A stretch of 64,000 nt of DNA from an uncultured virus (IMG/VR IMGVR_UViG_3300029947_000227). Lineage: Duplodnaviria > Heunggongvirae > Uroviricota > Caudoviricetes. The stretch lies in the IMG/VR virus record IMGVR_UViG_3300029947_000227. One strand, written 5' to 3'. The notes beneath the pieces were generated by a model that searched no databases, was not told where the DNA came from, and worked only from the letters and a program-made list of their open reading frames with translations. Below, in pieces: positions 21,001 through 29,253 of this stretch. Each line of letters begins with the position of its first letter. The stretch's first letter is position 1. The position numbers were made by a program, and so were the translations under genes.

Positions 21001-23076
21001 GAGAAGGTCACCATCCCGCATGACGACCAGTCGAACGAATTCCATGTCGGCGACAGCAAGCAGCCTCAGGAGTCCAGTCGCGCCATCGACGCGACCACCG
21101 ACACGGCGGTCGAACGTCGTCTCGGCGACGCCGTGTCCGACCATGCGGATCTGACGAACGTCCACTGGGAGCAGTCGGGCGACATCAGGGACGATCTGAA
21201 AACCGGTCTCGACGTACGGTGGAAGCTGTACCAGCAGTCCCCGGACGGTGACGCGAACTCCGACGACCTGCGTTGGACCGGCGAGTGGAAGCCGTTGACC
21301 AGTGGCGTCACCGAGGTTGACGGCGACAAGGTCACGCCGGATTCGCTCGGCACCTACTATTGGGTGATCGAGATCGGCGACCCGTCCAACGACCATCGGA
21401 TCGTTAAGTCCGGTGCTCCGCGCGACCCGGCCGAAACGTTCCGCATGATCAGCTCTGAGTCCACGGCCGACACTTTGGCCGCCGCCGGGCATGAGCTGAC
21501 CGACACGGTCACCATTCACGGTCCGGTCGCCGAAGGCACGATCGTGTCCTGGGACGTGTATTTCGAAGCCAATGAGGCGCGCGACAGTGGCGAGGCGGAC
21601 GATCCGGACGATCTGCCGGCCGGTTGGAGTCTCGCCGGCAGGTTCGACACCCCGTCCCGCGGCGCTCATGTGATCACCGCCGAGGAGGCCGCCACCGCAG
21701 CCAAGACCGGTAGCGTGACCGTCACCAGCCCCATGTTCGAACGTGTTGAGGTTGGCACCTACCATTGGGTGCACAAGCTGACCAGTCCGACCAGGGAGCA
21801 GGATGGCGCGCCGTCCAAAGCCAAGGTTGAGGATCAGCCGTTCATGGTTGACCGGTACACCACGGTTTCCGAATCCACGCCGGTGGTTGATGTGACCACC
21901 GAAACCGGGCATGAGGGGCATGTGGGTGAGCCGATCCACGACACCGCGATCATCCAGGGCGTGGTTCCGAAGGGCACGTCCATCGGGTTCGCCCTGTACC
22001 GTCAGGCGGATGGCGATGACTCGTCGAAGGATGAGAAGATCGCCGAAACCGAACGGGTTGTCCTTACGGGCGGTGAGACCAGGGTTGATTCCCCGACTGT
22101 GACAGTCGACCAGCCGGGTACCTATTATTGGGTTGAAACCGTGTATGCGCCGAAGGATCACACCGGTTTGGATACGGGTGACGTGATTGTCTCTCAGGGT
22201 AATCCTCGGGTGCCGGAGGAAAGCGTGGACGTTGTCCGCGTGACCACCGTCGCCAACCGTGTCGAGGCTTTGGGCACGGAGCTTCGGGACAGGGCGCTCA
22301 TCGAGGGCAAGGTCCATGACGGCCAGTTCATCATCTTCGTGTTGCACCGCCAGTCGGATGGCGATGACCCGTCGAAGGATGAGATCGTGAAGATCACCGA
22401 CCCGGTGCAATTGTCGGAGGGTCAGACCGAGGCCGTCAGTCCGACGGTGACCCCGGAGAGGACCGGCACGTATTATTGGACCGAGTCGATCTACCCGCCT
22501 GAGGGTGACGACCATTACCCGCCGTGTACTCCGCCGACCGAGGATAATCACACGCCGAACACTCCGCCGTGTGTTCCGCCGGTTCATACGGAGAATCCGC
22601 GTACGCCGGGTGAGACGACCGATGTGGTGAAGGTCACCACCCGTGCCGTTCCGACCGCGCAGGCTGGCGACAGGGTGCGTGACACCGCTTTGATCGAGGG
22701 CGTCATTCCGAATGGTGATTATGAGATCACGTTCGAGTATTGGCGTCGTGGCGATGGTGGTGTTGACACTGACCGGCTGGTGGCGACTACCGATGCCGTG
22801 GGTGTGCCTGTTGGCGCGTCCAGTGTGGACAGTCCTGATGTTGGCCCGTCTGATGCGGGTGAGTTCTATTGGCGTGAGCGGCTTGTGGAGCGTTCCACTG
22901 GTCGGACGGTCCATTATGGTGACGCCCGTTTGGAGGGTGAGACGACGCGGGTTGCCGAACTGGCCCAGACCGGTTTGTCCGGCCGGCTGGTGTTGGCTGC
23001 CGCTGCCTCTGCGGGTGTGGCTGCCGTGTTGGGTGTTGCGGCGTCCGTGAGGCGTCGTCGCGGCCGCAGGGTGTAG
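15028..23076 (+). CDS. giant sortase-anchored surface adhesin (2682 aa) with tandem Ig-like ~110-120 aa repeats
   Basis: signal peptide; AWCING near N-terminus; repeats ITT.V...FHDTA...YWKA.L...H.LG..ETV; C-terminal LAQTG + TM + basic tail. Confidence 0.9.
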   Translation: MRVNLKHAARAMIAAIVAAATLGGGVTTTAVAATMEGNPGYVFKDPSTGKSHALGLIAQWNYLGGKRAWCINGDEQMAAPQENAGVVDVSNGYNGKDANTMRQLAYIGDKYNASSVSDLDAAAAAYVIKNNLDTSAVWTRSKNNLTLTNGNASDVINRANQMWSEAVAQAPTITHAYADFDTNQGLKTGTVKIDVKNASNGFTAGWHYRAVLEGPAEFDSGGQEAQGTTGTQTINLNWHSTGNGTVTYKLYVNVPQAAVGNTTVSQQDQFLPKILEVQSPDTVTFKVIKDFQPTVGTVVAKKNNNRGSPITDNLTSGLAQGEWPAGHQVKVKAYLYESDTLSTFVGGLSVEHDGQSLDDYVNYVKRVKGLSPVATAETTFDGANQTKSITARKLDGSGDYTGQKTFHTWVVAVVKNGDEQITGDWISTLGLPDESAASLNPTSHDSTVLEQYSGMNRDILDTITIGNLPSDYGQWSGNSDYGFKADAKAKIRVWWAGSGTGVKSEDEKYKPTGSAEPTADANHKLIGEWEVPAANGVYKVGSGVIKFKGSGDSDYKTVASDDKLNIKATQPSETGYYVFIYELPESSRAQAFTSSYDDAWERTFVEQTETTRPELTTNVSAGEVDRGEQFHDTARISGIVSRGSYVVFDAWSPVSGTPDTSVSKLVDSQRVNITDAQADASAKTGSFTVDSMTVKTDKPGKVYWKASLYDQDGNLIDSHELGIENETVTVRGASITTKVSAEQVTVGETFHDVATVDGNVPRGSYVTFDAYNPVSGKPDANAGKLVDSQRVDITDAQADSGASFDVQSPETSTMTAGKVYWKATLHKADGTVLATHDLGVAGETVTVSPPTITTNVSQTNAGLGETFHDTATLTGGTLKAGWKVRFEAYNPVSGSPDTNAGKLVDANDVTITDAQAADSAKGRDVTVTSVDATVWNAGKVYWKASLLDQDGKVIATHELGLPSETVTVTGPKITTNVSNTQVGRDEQFHDSAVVEGFVPTGAKLTFTAYGPVASGNVNDVDQSRKLGETVHTITQTESTQSKTGAIQITSDNIASTYPGTVYWKATLTAENGTLLATHDLGIPSETVTVTGPKITTHVDKTSVALSETFTDTAEINGSFETGSTVTFTAYNPVDGKPDTNAGKLYEGVVTLTKEQSDKSKSGETVTVNAPDSTKADKAGHVYWQAILRDPKGVELARHELGLSDETTHVAQPTITTAVSKGEVSVGEEFFDVATIHGQVGRGWSVHFTAYEPVAGDPNENAGKLVDDKTVPISDTQADKSSSTDHFDVTGPTTSTDKTGAVYWKATLVDANGVEIATHRLGEESETVRVYGGGILSSHAQTMGATGEQLYDTITVYDESRTGTTSHEGNGQGNPTGQIGHVPAGSWVIVELYRQDGNNTASSNNLIGSVTHYVDDTAWKTVDGVRQQTFKVTDPKFTTQEAGMYYWVATLYGSDGSVLDKGEFGESGDQHGTGYESEERTPVQEYTTTSSKKWLSVNRDQYSSKTVSTYDMLQQIGYERRDGDVSALIGQTASNTEFRMEIWRQDTGSDASKDVRVWSGEDHDMPQLGADGTKMDDMQKLKSETVTIDKSWPAGTYYYRLLVTNPGVDWTKEDHTNVVKYTDRRVEAESFDLIDATTQSVEPLWLDSMHVADDVTLTGVIPEGTQYEVQIWKTDKHDGTAVENTGITTGRIDVPSNAVGDHRTTPVTFRTKALDNPGVGSWQFRVILWTPDNQGGDSSLNKDSVPLSDEWKQAPDQSAGYTERELLEDGVTVDSERFEVVKLSTDVTGTANMHTADGEHYVDATHPVQVNDKLTVDGYMLDGYTVGFDLYRRDAGDDPSRDQKVDSISPVALKEAQKTLDSAKLTVSQPGEYYWRWVFRKPDGTAFQPDGTNPAESDSRIPAESFHAVKVTTSTYKWSSKGGKTSDVARIEGTLPADATIVFEMHSWKDGSLLAKTDAKTLGELGFDTARSDQEITGPELAVPDAVDWYWVEKVTIPHDDQSNEFHVGDSKQPQESSRAIDATTDTAVERRLGDAVSDHADLTNVHWEQSGDIRDDLKTGLDVRWKLYQQSPDGDANSDDLRWTGEWKPLTSGVTEVDGDKVTPDSLGTYYWVIEIGDPSNDHRIVKSGAPRDPAETFRMISSESTADTLAAAGHELTDTVTIHGPVAEGTIVSWDVYFEANEARDSGEADDPDDLPAGWSLAGRFDTPSRGAHVITAEEAATAAKTGSVTVTSPMFERVEVGTYHWVHKLTSPTREQDGAPSKAKVEDQPFMVDRYTTVSESTPVVDVTTETGHEGHVGEPIHDTAIIQGVVPKGTSIGFALYRQADGDDSSKDEKIAETERVVLTGGETRVDSPTVTVDQPGTYYWVETVYAPKDHTGLDTGDVIVSQGNPRVPEESVDVVRVTTVANRVEALGTELRDRALIEGKVHDGQFIIFVLHRQSDGDDPSKDEIVKITDPVQLSEGQTEAVSPTVTPERTGTYYWTESIYPPEGDDHYPPCTPPTEDNHTPNTPPCVPPVHTENPRTPGETTDVVKVTTRAVPTAQAGDRVRDTALIEGVIPNGDYEITFEYWRRGDGGVDTDRLVATTDAVGVPVGASSVDSPDVGPSDAGEFYWRERLVERSTGRTVHYGDARLEGETTRVAELAQTGLSGRLVLAAAASAGVAAVLGVAASVRRRRGRRV

Positions 23077-23092
23077 TCGACGATTCTGGAAT

Positions 23093-23137
23093 GGGTCGGC
23101 CTGTCATCTTTTGGGGTGGCGGGCCGGCCCGTTTTTT
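23093..23137 (+). terminator. intrinsic terminator
   Basis: GGGTCGGCCTGTCA...TGGCGGGCCGGCCC followed by T-run. Confidence 0.6.
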
Positions 23138-23394
23138 AACCATTTTTGCCGAGAATTCTCCCGCTTCTAAGCGTTAGCGTAGGCGGGGGTGTCACTTGTT
23201 GTTAATTGTTTTGTTAAATAATCGTTGTTTTTTTGGGATGGTTTTCCGGCCGTTTTGAGGTTTTTGCTAGTTGTTTTTTTGTATTTCCCGGGGCTGGTTT
23301 TGGGGTTAATTCTTGGGTTGGTTTTGGGCTGGTTTTGGTGGTGTTTTTCGTTTATTTTTTTGTTAATTCCGTTCGTTCGCTGGTTCGGACCCCC

Positions 23395-23940
23395 AAAAGC
23401 GAGGTTTGCGCGTGGGCTTACGAGGGTCCGTGGGCCACTTTCCGCGTTTTGGGTTTTCCCGCGTCTGAGGGGCCAAAGAATGGCTCTCAGGGGCATGTGG
23501 GGGTCCGAGCGTGGGTCCGCGATCGCGGTTTTCGCCCCGGGCTGTCTGGCGACCCGGAAAGTCGGCCGGAAGGGGTCCCGGAACGGCCGTCGGAGGCGGT
23601 TTTGGAGGTGCTACCGACGGTAGCGCTACTGCCAGTAGGGCCGAGGGCCTGCTGCTACCGAACTGCTACAGCGGGGTGTAGCAGTTTAGCCCTACTGCCG
23701 TAAGGGATTGGTGGCTACTGCTACACTGCTACCGAAATTTAGAGGGTATACGCATGAAAAAATCGCGTTTCCACCCGTTTTTATGTACGTACCCCCTCAA
23801 AAAAACGGTAGCAGTGTAGCAGTTGGCCTCAGCCCTACGGCGAGTAGGGCTGCGCCGTTACACGGGCGTGTAGCGGAACGGTAGCAGTGTAGCAGTAATC
23901 AACACATCGGCCCCCAAGTGTTGATTTAAGAGCCGATTTT
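23395..23940. repeat. Repeat family A, copy 2 (complete, ~550 bp) with inverted TAGCAG/CTGCTA arrays around an axis at ~23770
   Basis: reverse-complement homolog of 53680-54226; right half matches 1-123. Confidence 0.9.
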
Positions 23941-24099
23941 TCGACTTTGCCTTCACATTTCCGTCACAATCGTCTCTTCACACTTCCATCACAATTCAGC
24001 GAGGCGTCTCACAATGTGGACATGCTGCCGGGACAACCGACGGTCGAACCAGCCCCTCGGACGGTCGAGGGAGCCCAAAATCGCCGATTTCCGACAACT

Positions 24100-24310
24100 G
24101 ACGATTTGAGACGAAAATTAACGATTTATATATCGTTTTTCGTCACCATGAATTAACGGATCAATTAACGTTTTCATTTAGCGCAACACTAAAAAACAGT
24201 GAGAATTAATTAACGTTTACACCGTTGTTTTCATCAAATTAATTAACGTTTAATGACGGCATCCATGAGAATTAATTACGCCTTTTCAGTTGCTTTAATT
24301 TCGGCTTGAT
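24100..24310. other. AT-rich island with repeated AATTAAC/TTAATTAA words
   Basis: strongly AT-rich against a GC-rich background; similar words at 54240-54410. Confidence 0.6.
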
Positions 24311-24697
24311 AAAACATCGGCGCGAAAACCAATATGCAGAACTTATGGTTTTCGCGCCGATGCGATTCAGTCCGTCGCGGTGCCGCCGCCGAACAGCGGC
24401 CAGAGGACCCGGTAAGGACCTTGCGGGCCAGTCGGGGGCAGATCCGGTCGGTTCATTGTCGTTCCTCTCTCATCGCCTTGATGATTTCGCTGATCGGCAC
24501 GACGTCGTAGACGCCTTCGGGTCCGATGCCCCCCGTCGTCGCCATATTCGCCGGCGTCGGATCGCCACGGCCGGGTGATCGCAGGTCAGCGCGTCGAACG
24601 CGCCGGCGAGTTTCTTTTCGTCGAGCAGTCGCGGGTCCATGAGATGCCGCCTTGTTGGTTCCCGCCCTTCCCTTGCGTCCGACGCATGGTGGGTGTC

Positions 24698-26020
24698 ATG
24701 ACCGATGAACCGCTGATCGAACTCACCCCGGACGGCGTGCGCGCCATGCTGAAACCACGCGAACACACCTCCTACTCGCAGTTGGAGAAGTTCTCCTCCT
24801 GTCCGGCGCGCACGGCCGCCGAGACGCTGATCGAATCCCCCCTGCGCCCGGCGGACCCGCGCATGGTCGGCAAGCTGGTCCACGCGATGCTGGAACGCAC
24901 CGCCGGGGCGGACGGCCGCCTGCCGCGCGACCGGGCCGGCTGGCGCAAGGTCGGCGAACGGGCGGTGGCCGAGACGGCCGACGGCCCGGCGCGGAATCGG
25001 CTCGTCCCCGAAGACGACGAGCCGGACGAATGGCTTGATCTGGCGGTCGGGCGACTCGAACGGTTCCACCTCGACCTGCCACTCGACCCGGCACAGCCCG
25101 AACGCGAAATACTCTCAAACGCCTGGGGCGTGCCGCTACGCGCGTTCGTCGACTACACGGACAAGACGGGCATGATCCTCGACTGGAAGACCGGCAAGCC
25201 CTACCCCAGCCACGGCGACCAGTTGCGCGTCTACACGCAACTGCTGCGCGAAATGGGCGAGACGGTGCCGTGGGCGGCCGACGTGTACGTCGACACCAAC
25301 AAGATCACGGCCGCCGACCTGACCGCCAAGGCGCTGACGCAAACAGGCGACTGGGCGAAGAAAAACTGGGACGGCCTGCAATCCTCGATCGCCTCCGGCC
25401 GGTTCGCCTACGGCCCCTCCTACCTGTGCCCGTGGTGCCCGCTCGCCCGCGCCTGCCCGATGGCCGAACCGCCCCGGGGCGGCAAGGCCCGCGAGGCGGC
25501 CGCACTGGCCCTCGACCCGACCGACCCCAGGCTCACGGTGGCCGCACCGCCCCGGGGCGCGTTCAAACCCATCGTCGACAAACCAAAGGAGCACGCCATG
25601 ACCATCACCGAAGGCAGGCCGTACGAACCGACCCTCACGAACGACACTTTGAACCTCGCCGGCTACGCGATGGCCGCCCTCTACGACACGACCATGCTGG
25701 CCGACCGCCTGACCGACGGCAAGGACCTGGACCGGGTCGCCAAGGCGCTGGTCCTCGCCCAGTTGAAACTCGCCCACGCCGTATGGCCCGAACGCATCGG
25801 CGAACCCGACTGGTCGAACCGGGCCGGCATCCTCGCTGCCCTCGACTCGTCGGTCGCCCGCGACGCCCGCCGCATCCTCTTCGACCTGCTGGAACACGAC
25901 CCCGCCCTCCGTGAAGGCGATGGGGGACGCACCGTCGAGTCGGTGCTGGCGGCCACGCTCAAGGCGTTGGACAAGGGGCGCGCGATCATGGAGACAGCGC
26001 GACGCATAAGCGACCGGTAA
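24698..26020 (+). CDS. PD-(D/E)XK nuclease (RecB/AddB/Cas4-like) with C-terminal extension
   Basis: SYSQLEKFSSCP, GKLVHAMLE, VDY...ILDWKTGK, QL.VY, CPWCP...C. Confidence 0.85.
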   Translation: MTDEPLIELTPDGVRAMLKPREHTSYSQLEKFSSCPARTAAETLIESPLRPADPRMVGKLVHAMLERTAGADGRLPRDRAGWRKVGERAVAETADGPARNRLVPEDDEPDEWLDLAVGRLERFHLDLPLDPAQPEREILSNAWGVPLRAFVDYTDKTGMILDWKTGKPYPSHGDQLRVYTQLLREMGETVPWAADVYVDTNKITAADLTAKALTQTGDWAKKNWDGLQSSIASGRFAYGPSYLCPWCPLARACPMAEPPRGGKAREAAALALDPTDPRLTVAAPPRGAFKPIVDKPKEHAMTITEGRPYEPTLTNDTLNLAGYAMAALYDTTMLADRLTDGKDLDRVAKALVLAQLKLAHAVWPERIGEPDWSNRAGILAALDSSVARDARRILFDLLEHDPALREGDGGRTVESVLAATLKALDKGRAIMETARRISDR

Positions 26021-26048
26021 GAACATCATCCAAGGAAAGGACATTATC

Positions 26049-26369
26049 ATGAGACTCAACGACAACGGGGGCGTCGAATACGCCGTCCGCGACAGGGGGG
26101 GACGCTACCTGCGCACCGCCGACGACCCGGGCGACCACACCCCCCGGTGGACCCGGTACAAGGATGAGGCGGAAACCTGGGAGACCAGGCAGGACGCCCT
26201 CGAAGCCATGCTGACCGTGGGCCTGGCGACCCTCGAAACCACCGGCGCCGCCATGGACGAACTGGCCGGCGTGGACGAGCCGATCACCCCCGCCGACGGG
26301 TACGAGATCGTCGAAGAGTACTGGGTCGACGAGGAGGATCTGAAACCCGAACCAGGCGACCTCGACTAA
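26049..26369 (+). CDS. acidic hypothetical protein
   Basis: motif at 26001, SD AAGGA. Confidence 0.75.
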   Translation: MRLNDNGGVEYAVRDRGGRYLRTADDPGDHTPRWTRYKDEAETWETRQDALEAMLTVGLATLETTGAAMDELAGVDEPITPADGYEIVEEYWVDEEDLKPEPGDLD

Positions 26370-26373
26370 CAGG

Positions 26374-26415
26374 AAAAAAACGGGCCCCCGCAGTCCAACG
26401 ACTGCGGGGGCCCGT
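26374..26415. terminator. intrinsic terminator between convergent genes
   Basis: A-run + ACGGGCCCCCGCAGT/ACTGCGGGGGCCCGT stem. Confidence 0.75.
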
Positions 26416-26460
26416 CATATCCCGACGGAACCCCCGGGAAGAAGGGTTCCCGTCGTCCGC

Positions 26461-26781
26461 CTATGCGGCCACGCCCCACGCCTCGTCGAGATACCGCCAC
26501 AAAGGGGCGACGTTCACGCCGGCCATATTGGACACGCCGCGCCTCGGCAACGGCAGGTCGTGGCCGGTGAAGCGGCGCACCTCACGCTCCGACAATGGTT
26601 CACCCAACAAGCGCAGCCACTTGGCCCGCATTCTCGCACGCCGCAAATCGACGACGTTGACGGACCGGTCGGAGTCCACGCCCGGGACGATCCCACGCGC
26701 AGCGAGCAACATGTAAAACGATTCGGCCACGTTGAGACTCCTCGCCGCGACCTGCAGGGGAATGCGACCGGGCTGGGTCAT
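26461..26781 (-). CDS. hypothetical protein, possible HTH (MTQPGRIPLQVAARSLNV...)
   Basis: ATGA overlap with upstream gene. Confidence 0.6.
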   Translation of the reverse strand: MTQPGRIPLQVAARSLNVAESFYMLLAARGIVPGVDSDRSVNVVDLRRARMRAKWLRLLGEPLSEREVRRFTGHDLPLPRRGVSNMAGVNVAPLWRYLDEAWGVAA

Positions 26782-27335
26782 GACAGCGTCTCCAGGGCGG
26801 ACAAGTCCATGGAGCCGAGGGCCTTCGCGGCCCACCCGGCGACGGCAATGTCGTTGTCGCCGGACGGCGGGTCGGGGATCGTCGCGTCAAGGGCTGGCAG
26901 GAGGGTCTTGAGGGCCTTGAGTCGACTCCGGTCCCTGGCGGCGGCGGTCAGGAGCACGGCCATGCGGTCCGCCTCACCGCCCGCGCGCTTCGCCTCCAAC
27001 GGGAGGCTGGCGGCGCGCGCCGCGTCCCCCGTGTACAGGGCGTACGCGTTGGCCACACGGTCATCCTTGCCGGTGACGGCCCTGAGGGCGGTCATGGTGG
27101 ACTCCTCGTCGGCGCGCGCCAGGGCGGCGGCAGCCTGGGCGAACTGGCCGGCGGTGAGCCTGGCCTTGTGGCTGGCCGTCCTGCGTTTCCTCCTGCCGTC
27201 GGCCTTCCCCTCCCCCGGTTCCGGCTGCGCGGCCGGCTCCGACTCCGGTTCCACGGCCGGCTCCGGCTGCGGCTCTCCGACCGACCCGGAAGTCGGCTGC
27301 GGGTTCCACGCATCGCCATTGTCGAACAATCCCAT
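26778..27335 (-). CDS. hypothetical protein (MGLFDNGD...)
   Basis: SD AAAGGAG; minus-strand motif at ~27367. Confidence 0.7.
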   Translation of the reverse strand: MGLFDNGDAWNPQPTSGSVGEPQPEPAVEPESEPAAQPEPGEGKADGRRKRRTASHKARLTAGQFAQAAAALARADEESTMTALRAVTGKDDRVANAYALYTGDAARAASLPLEAKRAGGEADRMAVLLTAAARDRSRLKALKTLLPALDATIPDPPSGDNDIAVAGWAAKALGSMDLSALETLS

Positions 27336-27417
27336 ACTGCTCCTTTCAACGGGGTTACCACCACATCTATGCGCGCATAATACAATCCCCGAATGTTCTC
27401 CCCCGAGAGGAGCCCTC

Positions 27418-28674
27418 ATGGCCTCCAAACGAACCCGGCTGGCCGTCGCCGGCCTGATCGCCGCAACCCTCCTGATACTGCCGACGACGATCTTCTCAAC
27501 CTCAAACCGGACGACCGTGGCCGCCGCATACACCGCATCCCAAAAACAAACGGACGGGAACGTGTCCAACGCGGACTGCACGACCACCGGCGACACCGAC
27601 GGCTCATGGACCAGCGGCCTGGGAGCCGGACTCACCGTCCCCGACAACGCGATCCCATGGGTCAACAAGGCATCCGAATCCTCCGGCGGAATACCCAAAA
27701 GCTACCTCGCGGCCATGATGCAACAGGAATCAGGATTCCAACCCGACGTGTACGCCGGAGACGTCAACGGCGGCACCTGGGGCCTGTTCCAAATCAACCG
27801 CAGCGAATGGGTCAAATACAAGCCCGACGCGACCGGCACCCCCCCGACCGGCATCACCAACCCCATGACCCACGCGGAAATCGGCGGCAAATATCTACGC
27901 GACCGGCTCGAAACCGTCATGACCATGCAACGCACCCACCCATACGCCGCATACTCGCAACTCACCCCCCTGGAAGCCCTGACCATCGCCCACAACGCCG
28001 GCGAAGGCAACCTGCAACGCTACCCGAACATCCCATCCATCACGAAAACCTACCTCGAACACATGCGCGCCTGGACCGGCTCGGACATCAACTGGCAGCC
28101 GTCCGGCGAACCGACCGCCGGCGCGTCCACGTCAACATGCACGTCGACGACCGTGACCGGCACAGTCGAAGCGGGCGGCGCACCCACCGTCACGCAATCC
28201 GACTTCTCATGGATGTGCGACAGCATGCACATCTGCAAGGCCGGCGACTACGGCATCCACTCCGGCGTCTACGGCTATCAATGCGTTTGGTACGCGGATG
28301 TGCGCCTCCACATGATCCACTCCGGCGACTGGCCATGGCCCGGCGGCGACGGCGGCGACGTGTGGAAACGCGCCCAAACCATGAGCGGATTCACCGTCGA
28401 CCAAACCCCCCACCCCGGCGACGGAGTGTCCGCCACCGCGGCCGAAGCACCCAAATTCGCCGGCACCACGCACGTCGCCGTCGTCGAGGAGGTCCAATCC
28501 GACCCGTCCGGCTGGCGCATCCGCATATCCGAAGGAAACATGCACCAGGGCGCCACAGCCCAACCCTGCTACTACCAGGGAACCAAGGGATGCTGGAACA
28601 GCTACAGGGGCGACCGGTGGCTCACCAAAGCGGACATCCCCGGCGTGCACTTCTTCCGATACGACACCTGGTAG
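27418..28674 (+). CDS. bifunctional lytic transglycosylase + CHAP hydrolase (conjugative VirB1/TcpG-like)
   Basis: signal/TM; QQESGF, WGLFQI, AHNAG (SLT); YQCVWYA, HVAVVEEV, ISEGN (CHAP). Confidence 0.85.
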   Translation: MASKRTRLAVAGLIAATLLILPTTIFSTSNRTTVAAAYTASQKQTDGNVSNADCTTTGDTDGSWTSGLGAGLTVPDNAIPWVNKASESSGGIPKSYLAAMMQQESGFQPDVYAGDVNGGTWGLFQINRSEWVKYKPDATGTPPTGITNPMTHAEIGGKYLRDRLETVMTMQRTHPYAAYSQLTPLEALTIAHNAGEGNLQRYPNIPSITKTYLEHMRAWTGSDINWQPSGEPTAGASTSTCTSTTVTGTVEAGGAPTVTQSDFSWMCDSMHICKAGDYGIHSGVYGYQCVWYADVRLHMIHSGDWPWPGGDGGDVWKRAQTMSGFTVDQTPHPGDGVSATAAEAPKFAGTTHVAVVEEVQSDPSGWRIRISEGNMHQGATAQPCYYQGTKGCWNSYRGDRWLTKADIPGVHFFRYDTW

Positions 28675-28690
28675 CGCATAACCAACCCCC

Positions 28691-29206
28691 GTGACCAACC
28701 TAATCATCGCCGGCGGCGACCGCCGCACACGCAGCATCGAACTCACCCACCGCCTCACCATCACACCCGGCCCACGCCGACTCATCACCATCCCATGCGA
28801 ACCACCCGCCACCCCACCCGATGACACCACAGTCATCGGCGTGGACGACCTAGACGGCGCGCTCACCCTCCTCGACCACACCCACGGGTCCGGCGCGCTC
28901 GCCATTGAATCCGTGGACTACTGGTGTCTCGGCCCGTCCGCGCCCATGCCGAACCCGGGCAACAATCCACGCATCGCCGCATGGAACCGGCGCATGGTGG
29001 ACGCGGCCCGCAAACGCGCCCGCTTCCGCCACGAAATGCAACAATTCACGGAACGCGAACCGGGCATAAGCATCCTCCTGGCCGCCACAAGCATGGACAA
29101 TGCGGTCCGCCTGCTGGGCGAATACCCGATGGGAGTGTCCGCGATCGGCTGCGAACGCGTCGACCTCGATACGGGACGCACCCTCCAACCCGGGTTTGCC
29201 TCCTAA
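28691..29206 (+). CDS. hypothetical protein
   Basis: GCGCATA 11 nt before GTG. Confidence 0.65.
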   Translation: MTNLIIAGGDRRTRSIELTHRLTITPGPRRLITIPCEPPATPPDDTTVIGVDDLDGALTLLDHTHGSGALAIESVDYWCLGPSAPMPNPGNNPRIAAWNRRMVDAARKRARFRHEMQQFTEREPGISILLAATSMDNAVRLLGEYPMGVSAIGCERVDLDTGRTLQPGFAS

Positions 29207-29237
29207 AAAAACCACCCCCCCCCCAGGGGGTGGTTTA
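29206..29237. terminator. terminator between convergent genes
   Basis: AAAAAACCACCCCC...GGGGGTGGTTT. Confidence 0.6.
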
Positions 29238-29253
29238 GGGATGCCGCCAGCTC

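Noticed and set aside
23167..23703. ORFs over repeat A and its flanks (also 62-463, 53918-54190)
   Set aside because: Copies differ by indels and starts are not conserved; no coding-like codon bias
24698..26020. Cas4 / CRISPR adaptation gene
   Set aside because: Cys pattern is shared with AddB/RecB-like nucleases; no cas1/cas2 or array in the window
26560..27417. N-terminal extension of the SLT-CHAP ORF
   Set aside because: Overlaps two minus-strand genes; SD and signal peptide indicate start 27418
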